Shown one piece after another: positions 7,723-14,787 of a stretch of 44,193 nt of DNA. The notes under the pieces were generated by a model. It saw only the letters and a list, made by a program, of their open reading frames with translations, had not been told where the DNA came from and did not search any database. This stretch comes from Parcubacteria group bacterium (GTDB lineage Bacteria > Patescibacteriota > Minisyncoccia > Minisyncoccales > UBA10102). Position 1 is the stretch's first letter, and each line of letters begins with the position of its first letter. The position numbers were made by a program, and so were the translations under genes. The stretch lies in the NCBI GenBank assembly GCA_016203945.1, contig JACQLT010000001.1:72645-116837 (forward strand). Reading direction: 5' to 3'.

Positions 7723-9525
7723 CTATGCAGCCAGTCTCACAAGGGTAATCCCTCCCATTTCAAATTCTTCTTCTGTCACAGCTTTCTTCTGCGTCTGCAC
7801 ACCTCCCCGAGACCGACCCACTTCTCTCAAAGACCGCTCCATCCCCGCTCTCCTCTCCCCACTTTCTCTTTTTTCCTCTTGGAACTTAACTAAGTCAAGC
7901 TCTATCCCCGTTTCTTCTTTTTCTTTGACCAGATTGAGCTTAGCTAAGCTAAACTCTACCCGCTCTCCACTCTCAGATATCTCCGCAATCGTCTCCACCT
8001 GGCTTCTCTCCATACGATCTTCAACGAACCGTTCTGCAAAAACAGGTTCTTGTTTTTGACCTCTGCTTTCTACGGCCTCGGTTCGAACTTCCACGGGTCG
8101 TTCCTGTAAAATTTCTGCCTCGCCAACTTCTTCCACTTCTTCTACTCGTGTTTCTTCTACATGTATTTCATCTTCAACAACACTCACTTCCTCATCAGCC
8201 AAAACTTCTTTTTCTACAGAATCCCCCTTCTCTAACAGAGAATCTCTTTCTGTGAGCGAAGCGAAAAATTCTTCCAAATCTTTTTCTTCTGATATTTCCT
8301 TAACTACGTTAAGTTTCTCCTGCGGTACGCTTGTTGGATTTTCAATGGTTGGTCGTTCTTCTACAAGTGATGCAAAAAAATCTTGTAAATCTCGTTCTTT
8401 TTCTATTGTTTCCCTAACCGAGTTAAGGATAGGTGATTCTTCTACTGTTTCTATTATCTCTGTCCGCTCCGCCCTTGTTTCTAATTCAGGATCTTGGTAT
8501 GTGGCGGTTTCCGTGTGCGGAATTTCCATTCGTACGCTAAGAATCGGCCCCCAAAACGGAGAATTCTGCAACGCAGCAGGAATTTCTTGTTGAAATATCT
8601 CTTTTTCCTGCTGCGATTCTTCTGTCGCCTGAGTCGGAACTTCAACCCCAGATTCAAACCCCGAAAAAGTATTTTCTGGCGAGATTTCTTGTAGGAGCTT
8701 AACCGAGTTAAACTCCACTTCTGTAAGTCCCACTACAACAGTGTCAAGAGCTTCTTCATCTATAGAAACTTGTATCTCTTGTGAAACGGGGGGTTCAATT
8801 TTTGCATCACCTCCTAATTCATCTTCTTCTCGAGCTTCAGCGTGAGCTTCGACAGATTGTTCTGCAAAAATAGGTTGCGCAACTCCTTCTTGCTGTTCCT
8901 GCGTTTCTTCTTGCTGAATTTGAGCGACTTCTTGCGGCTCGGCTATTGGTTCGACCGGAGCTTCTTCATTCCCCAGAAACTGCTCTTGCTCTTCTTTTAT
9001 TTCCCGAGACCAGGTTTCAGAAACTACCACATTGTCCTGCTCCAGCCAAAGAGCTGTCACATGAAGAATATGGCCAGCTTCTGTTTCTTCTTTATAGTCC
9101 ACGAGCTGTACTTCGTTTGCATTAGAACTCCATGTTTCGTTTATAGAATGATGCAAGGCGATTTGTTCTGGTGTTGCCTCTTCTTCTATCTGTTCTGTGA
9201 TAGAACGTTCGGTATCTTTTTCCGCGTTCCATAGTTTTCCGTCTCGAAAAACCATAGAAGGAGCCTCGGTATGCGTTTTTTCCCATTCCTTTGAATCACC
9301 CCCGAATCGGGCAATGATTTCTTCTAACGTATCCGGTTTTTCTAGATCTGCTCCCTCTTCTTGAAAAGAAGAATTTTGTTCGGGCCCGTTCTCTCCTTGT
9401 TGTTCCTTTTCCTCCCCTACACGAGCAAACTCAACCGGATCTATCTCATCTACGCGCTCTCCTTCAAACCCCAAATCCTCTACATCCTCTTCTTCTACTC
9501 CAATTGTGGGTGTTTCTATAGACAT
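7723..9525 (-). CDS. Hyper-acidic (Glu-rich) ~600-aa hypothetical protein with internal repeats; no signal peptide or TM segment seen
   Basis: Long ORF 7723..9567 whose track start is a TTG. The first ATG gives MSIETPTIGVEEEDVEDLGFEGE. Roughly one residue in four is Glu by eye. Repeats include KERDLQDFFASL / EEKDLEEFFASL and EFSLAKLNLVKEKEE / IELDLVKFQEEKRE. Confidence 0.75.
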   Translation of the reverse strand: MSIETPTIGVEEEDVEDLGFEGERVDEIDPVEFARVGEEKEQQGENGPEQNSSFQEEGADLEKPDTLEEIIARFGGDSKEWEKTHTEAPSMVFRDGKLWNAEKDTERSITEQIEEEATPEQIALHHSINETWSSNANEVQLVDYKEETEAGHILHVTALWLEQDNVVVSETWSREIKEEQEQFLGNEEAPVEPIAEPQEVAQIQQEETQEQQEGVAQPIFAEQSVEAHAEAREEDELGGDAKIEPPVSQEIQVSIDEEALDTVVVGLTEVEFNSVKLLQEISPENTFSGFESGVEVPTQATEESQQEKEIFQQEIPAALQNSPFWGPILSVRMEIPHTETATYQDPELETRAERTEIIETVEESPILNSVRETIEKERDLQDFFASLVEERPTIENPTSVPQEKLNVVKEISEEKDLEEFFASLTERDSLLEKGDSVEKEVLADEEVSVVEDEIHVEETRVEEVEEVGEAEILQERPVEVRTEAVESRGQKQEPVFAERFVEDRMERSQVETIAEISESGERVEFSLAKLNLVKEKEETGIELDLVKFQEEKRESGERRAGMERSLREVGRSRGGVQTQKKAVTEEEFEMGGITLVRLAA

Positions 9526-9567
9526 AATAAAAAATCGCCCATCCCGAGGCGAACAAACGTTGCGCAA

Positions 9568-9822
9568 AGCAACCGCGTATTCTCCTGCTCGGGAGCACTA
9601 TCCCTATTTGGTATTCTGACTTATCGCTCTGCCTATTGGCAGAGAGAATCACAGTTGCGGCACAGTCCAGGATTTACACCTGACTTCCCCAAACAGATCT
9701 AACCTTTGTAAAACTGCCTGCCGTTTCTAATTTCATGATGGATTGCCGCACCCAACCAGTCAACCCTACAACCCCTAGCCAATTGTGGAAAAACAAATAC
9801 TCACCGAAGCGTCTGGTCTGGT
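9568..9822 (-). promoter_or_regulatory. Long (~250-300 nt) non-coding leader with several stem-loops upstream of the acidic-protein operon; candidate regulatory leader or small RNA
   Basis: No credible ORF. Gene-strand helices seen: CTCTGCC-AATA-GGCAGAG; TCCCGAG...CTCGGGA enclosing GTTGC-TTTGC-GCAAC and followed by a TTTTTTATT run just before the ATG; and a long-range UGCGGCA/UGCCGCA pairing. Confidence 0.3.
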
Positions 9823-9823
9823 A

Positions 9824-9857
9824 GTGTATATTTCTAACAATTGTTAGAAATATACAC
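9824..9857. promoter_or_regulatory. Perfect 34-bp palindrome GTGTATATTTCTAACAA|TTGTTAGAAATATACAC; candidate operator (core CTAACAATTGTTAG), with a second copy upstream of recA
   Basis: Read directly. It is 29/34 identical to 44150-44183. It lies between the FAD-oxidase stop (9891) and the leader of the acidic-protein operon. Confidence 0.6.
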
Positions 9858-9890
9858 TGTTTGTCTTGAAAGACTTTTCTTTGTTCGCGG

Positions 9891-11564
9891 CTACGAGCTT
9901 ACGATATGGCTCATCATATACTCGATCGATCCTCCTACCTTTTTGCCAGGATTGAATATATTTTTAGGATCAAACGCCTGTTTTGCCTTCTCGAAAAGCG
10001 CCATCACTTCTCGCCCGTACATCTGCTTCAAAAACGGGGTGCGAATGATTCCGTCGTTGTGCTCTGCGGTAATAGACCCTTTAAAATCCAGGACGAGCCG
10101 ATGCACCTTTTCCATGAGCTCTATAATTATCGTCTTTGCGTGACCATCCTTGAAGCTCATGAGGGGGATGATGTGAAGATTCCCGTCTCCCACGTGCCCG
10201 GCTATCGTGTACAGAAGCTTTGGATACAGAGCCAGGATTGTCTGAAGCTTCGGGAGGAACTGCTCAAGGGAGGCCGCCGGCACGATGATGTCGTCAATGA
10301 AGGGAGCTGTCCGTAGTCCGCGTACATGCTTTCGTAAAAGATTAAAGCTCTCCCTTCTCATGGTGATGTATTTTCTAGCTTCCGCCTCGTTCTTTGCGAT
10401 TCTACAAGAAACCGAATAACGAGAGAGCGACCTCATGGCGCCTTTCGCTCTCTGATGAACCTCTTTCGCATCTTGCCCGGTAAACTCTGCCAGCAACACA
10501 AACTTTGGAATCCCGCCTCTCAAGAGCATAAAAAACTCTGGAATAAACTGGAACCCAAGGCTGATTATGTTACCCTTGAGCTGTTTTATAAAATCCGGAA
10601 AGAATCGGAGGGCGAGCGTAAACGCGTTATCATCGTATATTTCAAATGCCTCTGGTTTTTGTTTTGCAATTTCTGAACTGACTTCAGCCAGAAGATCAAT
10701 GTCCTTAAGAAAAATCACAAGGAGCGAAGACTGGGGATTCGGAGAAACAAGCTGAAACGTAATTTCAGTAATCACGCCTAACGTCCCCTGCGAGCCGCAG
10801 AAAAGCTTTGTCAAATCAAACGTACCAGATTCTTTGTCCCATATGTTCCAAAGAGAATACCCCGCGGAGTTTTTAGAAACTCGTGGTTTTGCTAGCTCAA
10901 GCGTTTCTTGGTGTTCCTGAACCAAAGCCCATAAGTTTCTATACAATTCACCTTCGAAAGTCGGAAGCCTCTTTTTTTCTTCAAACTCTTGGCGCGAAAG
11001 CTTCGAAAATGAGTATTCATTGCCGTCTGCCAGAACAACCTTGAGTTTTTTAATATAATTCTCCGTTTTTCCGTACCGAAGACTTTTCTCTCCTCCCGCA
11101 TTGTTCGCCACCATGCCTCCGACCGCGCATATCTCCCGCGAAGCCGGAAACGAGGGCAGTAGAAGATCGTGCTTGAGCGTCTCCTTCTCAAAGTCGCGGT
11201 ACCAGCATCCCGGTTGCACCCTTGCGTAGCCTGCCCCGTACCGAGCTTGCTCTGGTTCGGGGTCTTTGCCAACTTCGAGAATCTTGTTCATGTGCCTGGT
11301 CATGTCCAGGACGATTCCCTCTCCCAAGGGGCCTCCTGACATGTCGCTTCCGCCCGCCCTGCACGTGATGGACAGTTTTTCTTCCTTATGTTCGCGAACA
11401 AAAGAAACGATGTGTTTCACATCGTCTCTGTCCTGGGGAAACAGCACGAGGCAGGGCCGTACCTGAAACAGGCTCGCATCCTTGCTATAGAAATCCAGCG
11501 TCTGGGGATCTGAACCGATCTCCCCCCTGAACACCTCGCGAATACGATCTTCAAGCCTGCTCAT
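9891..11564 (-). CDS. FAD-binding oxidoreductase (FAD-linked oxidase, GlcD/D-lactate dehydrogenase-like)
   Basis: N-terminal PCMH-type FAD domain: VSFVREHKEEKLSITCRAGGSDMSGG and ICAVGGMVANNAGGEKSLRYG. C-terminal oxidase domain with AGHVGDGNLH. Confidence 0.85.
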   Translation of the reverse strand: MSRLEDRIREVFRGEIGSDPQTLDFYSKDASLFQVRPCLVLFPQDRDDVKHIVSFVREHKEEKLSITCRAGGSDMSGGPLGEGIVLDMTRHMNKILEVGKDPEPEQARYGAGYARVQPGCWYRDFEKETLKHDLLLPSFPASREICAVGGMVANNAGGEKSLRYGKTENYIKKLKVVLADGNEYSFSKLSRQEFEEKKRLPTFEGELYRNLWALVQEHQETLELAKPRVSKNSAGYSLWNIWDKESGTFDLTKLFCGSQGTLGVITEITFQLVSPNPQSSLLVIFLKDIDLLAEVSSEIAKQKPEAFEIYDDNAFTLALRFFPDFIKQLKGNIISLGFQFIPEFFMLLRGGIPKFVLLAEFTGQDAKEVHQRAKGAMRSLSRYSVSCRIAKNEAEARKYITMRRESFNLLRKHVRGLRTAPFIDDIIVPAASLEQFLPKLQTILALYPKLLYTIAGHVGDGNLHIIPLMSFKDGHAKTIIIELMEKVHRLVLDFKGSITAEHNDGIIRTPFLKQMYGREVMALFEKAKQAFDPKNIFNPGKKVGGSIEYMMSHIVSS

Positions 11565-12322
11565 TCAATCTCGTATATGAGGCTCACCTGTATGCTCACC
11601 TCCTGGGATCCGGGCTCTAAAGACGGACCCTTTGCCACGGCTCCCGCTCCTCCGATTCCGTAATCAGAGACGTACTGGGGGATGTATATGCTTCCCTCGC
11701 TCAGCTGGATGAGGCGCCCGAGACGGAATCCGCCTGACTTGGCGATTGCCTTTGCCTTTTCTTTTGCCTTGGCGATTGCTTCCTCCCTTGCCTGCTGTTC
11801 AAGCTGGATCTGGTCGTCTACGGTGAACGAAAGGCCAGAGACCGAGTTTGCTCCCCGTTCCACCACGCCAGAAAGGATATCTCCAAGCTTCTCAAAGTCG
11901 CGCCCTTTCACTTCCAGCTGCTGGCTCACGGTGTAGCCGACGATGGTCGGAGGAGGACAGGTTTCTCCTTCATACCTGCACACGCCGTACTGGTAGCGCG
12001 GCTCTATGGAATATCCTTGGGTCTTGATGTCTTTCTCGTCTATTCCTTGGTTCTTCAGGAAGCTGACGATACTATTTGATTTGTCGGCGTTCTCGTTCTG
12101 AATGGTTCCCAGGTTCAGATCTCCTTGGGTGATGACGCCTACGCTAAACTTCGCCACGTCGGGAATGGCGACCACCTTGCCTTCGGCCGAAACCGAGAAG
12201 GAAGAGGGCTGTGTGGACTTGTCGTACGAACGAACGTACAGGAGCGAGCTCGCGCTCACTACGATCAATGCTACTGCTGCTGCGACACCGAGTGTATTTT
12301 TTATGTTGTCTTTCATCCCCAC
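11561..12322 (-). CDS. SIMPL-domain (DUF541) envelope protein
   Basis: N-terminal TM anchor, then the typical SIMPL layout (VVAIPDVAKFSVGV..., QQAREEAIAKAKEKAKAIAKSGGFRLGRL). 4-nt overlap with the FAD-oxidase start. Confidence 0.8.
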   Translation of the reverse strand: MGMKDNIKNTLGVAAAVALIVVSASSLLYVRSYDKSTQPSSFSVSAEGKVVAIPDVAKFSVGVITQGDLNLGTIQNENADKSNSIVSFLKNQGIDEKDIKTQGYSIEPRYQYGVCRYEGETCPPPTIVGYTVSQQLEVKGRDFEKLGDILSGVVERGANSVSGLSFTVDDQIQLEQQAREEAIAKAKEKAKAIAKSGGFRLGRLIQLSEGSIYIPQYVSDYGIGGAGAVAKGPSLEPGSQEVSIQVSLIYEIE

Positions 12323-12367
12323 GACTAATTAAGGTTACACTTTATTATTATACAACATCCCCGCACC

Positions 12368-13513
12368 CTATTCCAGGGGAGCTTTTAGGTATTTTGCAAA
12401 AAACGTCAATGTTTTCTTCCACGCGTCCTTGGTAGCTTCGGGAGCGTAGTTGGCGCCAGAAGGGTTTGCAAAGGCATGCCCGACACCAGGATAGATATTG
12501 ATCTCTTGAGCAATATTGGATGTTTGAAGCTGCTGCTTGAATTCTTCCACCTGAGCCACGGGGATCGCCTGATCCTGATCTCCGAAAATGCCGAGTACGG
12601 CTCCTCTGATGGAAGCAAGCTTTTGATCGCGCACCAGCGGAGTTCCGTAGTAGATGACAGCGGCTTTGATATCTTCATTTGTCATGGCAAGTTGCAATGA
12701 TTGCCCTCCGCCGAAACACCACCCTATCGTTCCCACGACGGGCGTATTCTCTTGGTATCTCAGGTACGAGACGGCGGCCTGCATATTCGCAACGGCCTGC
12801 TCCTGATTCACCGAAGCGACAAGAGCACGGGCCCTGTCCGGCTCTTCGGCAACTTCTCCTCCATACAGGTCTGCCGCAAGGACGACGTATCCCTGGGCAG
12901 CTAACTCTTTTGCCATGTCTTTCATGCCCTCGTTCAGTCCCCACCACTCATGGACCATGACCACGCCAGGATACGCTCCCCCTTCCTTGGGACGCGCCAA
13001 AAAGCCCTTTGCGTTTTCAACATAGTTCACCTGCGAGGTTGCAACTTCGTACAGCGGGTGTTTCAATGCGTCTGCGTTGTTCATTGGTATATTAATAAAT
13101 GTTGTGCCCGCGATGGCGACGGCAAGAAGGAATATGGCGAAGCTTGCTCCTGCGGATATCAGGCAGTATTCGCACCAGCTCTTGAGCACGAACGCCTGGA
13201 TGAAAATCAGCACAAGCGAGAAAAGCGCGGATCCGGCCGCAACCCCGAGAAACAGAAGGAGAAACAAGGGAATTGAAAGGAGCTGCACTCCCGCCAATGC
13301 GAGAACGCCAAGCGCCGTTACGCCACCATAGTATAGCACTCCGATTGCTTCATTTGGAACACCGAACATCCTGCTGTACCTGCTGTGCACCACCACGTTG
13401 CACCCTTTATCAATGTGGCAGGTCAAGGGTTCCTTCCTGCTTTTCTTGATGAAGATGTAGAGGGAAGCCGCGAGCCCGAGGAGTCCGAATAGAATAAATG
13501 CGCCGGGTATCAT
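12368..13513 (-). CDS. Fusion protein: N-terminal VKOR-like membrane domain plus C-terminal dienelactone hydrolase domain
   Basis: VKOR part: loop cysteines CHIDKGC, active-site WCEYC in a TM helix, and 4-5 hydrophobic helices. DLH part: PGVVMVHEWWGLN, nucleophile motif GTIGWCFGGG, and later GDQDQ and YPGVGHAF. Confidence 0.8.
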   Translation of the reverse strand: MIPGAFILFGLLGLAASLYIFIKKSRKEPLTCHIDKGCNVVVHSRYSRMFGVPNEAIGVLYYGGVTALGVLALAGVQLLSIPLFLLLFLGVAAGSALFSLVLIFIQAFVLKSWCEYCLISAGASFAIFLLAVAIAGTTFINIPMNNADALKHPLYEVATSQVNYVENAKGFLARPKEGGAYPGVVMVHEWWGLNEGMKDMAKELAAQGYVVLAADLYGGEVAEEPDRARALVASVNQEQAVANMQAAVSYLRYQENTPVVGTIGWCFGGGQSLQLAMTNEDIKAAVIYYGTPLVRDQKLASIRGAVLGIFGDQDQAIPVAQVEEFKQQLQTSNIAQEINIYPGVGHAFANPSGANYAPEATKDAWKKTLTFFAKYLKAPLE

Positions 13514-14055
13514 GTAGGATATATCTTATCCTGAAATTGCTTGCGAAACTTCTCCAGTTTCGGCTCAATGACAACCTGGCAATAGGGAGCTACCCGGTTA
13601 TTCTCGTAATACTTCTGATGATATTGCTCTGCGGGAAAAAATTTCTTCAAAGGAACGATTTCCGTCACGATAGGTCGGGGCCATCTTTTTGATTCTTCCA
13701 GATTCTTCTTTGCGGTTTGCGCCAGCTCTTTTTGTTTGTCGGTATGATACAAAATCAAAGAACGATACTGCGACCCCACATCAGCTCCCTGTTGATTTGA
13801 AATGGTAGGATCGTGCGTTGCAAAAAACACTTCAAGCAAGTCTTCATACGAAATTTCAGAAGGGTCAAACGTTATCTGTACCACTTCTGCGTGCCCCGTG
13901 TTGCCAGATGAAACTTCCTGATACGTCGGGCTCTGCGTATCCCCACCCGCATATCCTGCGACAACGGATTTCACGCCTCTCAGTTCCCTGAACATCGCTT
14001 CCGTGCACCAGAAGCATCCTCCTCCGAATGTCGCCTGCTCTCGTGTGTCTGACAT
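13510..14055 (-). CDS. msrA: Peptide-methionine (S)-S-oxide reductase
   Basis: MSDTREQATFGGGCFWCTEAMF...GYAGG...GHAEVVQITFDP. Trimmed from track start 14112 to the conserved start. ATGA overlap with the VKOR-DLH gene. Confidence 0.92.
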   Translation of the reverse strand: MSDTREQATFGGGCFWCTEAMFRELRGVKSVVAGYAGGDTQSPTYQEVSSGNTGHAEVVQITFDPSEISYEDLLEVFFATHDPTISNQQGADVGSQYRSLILYHTDKQKELAQTAKKNLEESKRWPRPIVTEIVPLKKFFPAEQYHQKYYENNRVAPYCQVVIEPKLEKFRKQFQDKIYPT

Positions 14056-14057
14056 GG

Positions 14058-14591
14058 TTATTGCAGCACGGCATGGCCAAACGGGACCGAGAATGCCCGG
14101 CACCATATCCACACTTCGTTATACGCCAAGGGGTCAATTCCCTCTGGAACTTCGTAGTTCTGCGAGCCGATGTTTCCCCTGAGTCCGCCCAGACGAGCTG
14201 AAGCCGCATATTCTCCGTCTTTCCCAAGATGCACGAACAGGTCGGGGCCATTCGTTGTTTGAAAATCTTCCTCAAAGCGCACGTAGTATTTCTCTCCGAT
14301 CTTCAGAAGCGTTGCCGTGCCCGATGTCTTATGAAAACCGTCGGCGTCAATAAATGCGCCAGAAGACAGTTGCTCTGGCGCTTGTTCGCCCGATTGCACT
14401 GAGGCTATATCTTCAATGCTTTCCTGAACTTCTCGGTCAATGAAAAGAGGAGAAATGAGCCAATACGCGACAACTCCCGCAAAAACAAGGGCAACCAATC
14501 CTATGGCAACGTGTATTTTTGTGAGCTTCACAATATCGTTATTTCCGGCGAACTCCCTTGTAGCCAAGGTATCCTGCAACGACAACGCCAA
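14058..14591 (-). CDS. DM13-domain protein with an N-terminal membrane anchor
   Basis: HKTSGTATLLKIGEKYYVRFEEDFQTTNGPDLFVHLGKDG...VWIWCRAFSVPFG matches the DM13 pattern. The start is uncertain: ATG 14591 overlaps the upstream gene by 53 nt, and GTG 14531 is an alternative. Confidence 0.75.
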   Translation of the reverse strand: MALSLQDTLATREFAGNNDIVKLTKIHVAIGLVALVFAGVVAYWLISPLFIDREVQESIEDIASVQSGEQAPEQLSSGAFIDADGFHKTSGTATLLKIGEKYYVRFEEDFQTTNGPDLFVHLGKDGEYAASARLGGLRGNIGSQNYEVPEGIDPLAYNEVWIWCRAFSVPFGHAVLQ

Positions 14592-14724
14592 CCCAGCTCA
14601 CCCAGACAGGAACCTGCCACCCTGCGATAATCGCTTCCCAACCCATCAAAATCCTTGTGAGGTGCAGCACAGCTATTGCAAGAAATATAATTCCCGCTAC
14701 CAAAGAGAATGTTTTTTGATTCAT
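14539..14724 (-). CDS. Hypothetical 61-aa two-TM membrane protein
   Basis: Hydrophobic ORF MNQKTFSLVAGIIFLAIAVLHL...WVSWVGVVVAGYLGYKG, co-directional and tightly packed with its neighbours. Confidence 0.55.
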   Translation of the reverse strand: MNQKTFSLVAGIIFLAIAVLHLTRILMGWEAIIAGWQVPVWVSWVGVVVAGYLGYKGVRRK

Positions 14725-14787
14725 ATAAGTAGAGTCATAACCCCAGCTCGACCTTTTGTGCCAATATACAATGGTGCTGCCTCTTGA

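Noticed and set aside
7938-7949. Third copy of the palindrome GCTTAGCTAAGC, inside the acidic-protein gene
   Set aside because: It lies in coding sequence (the SLAKL codons) without the adjoining TTATCCACA part of the intergenic composite motif. It is probably coincidental, or a by-product of the internal protein repeat.
9568-9822. Possible RNase P RNA, SRP (4.5S) RNA, tmRNA or 6S RNA in the long intergenic region
   Set aside because: Short resemblances exist (GGGGAAGUCAGG, GUCAGGU, GACUUAUCG). However, they are on different strands or in the wrong order, and the hallmark motifs are absent (GAGGAAAGUCC plus ACAGAA..GGCUUA in order; GGAAGCAGCC of SRP helix 8; a tRNA-like end for tmRNA). The region is also too short for bacterial RNase P.
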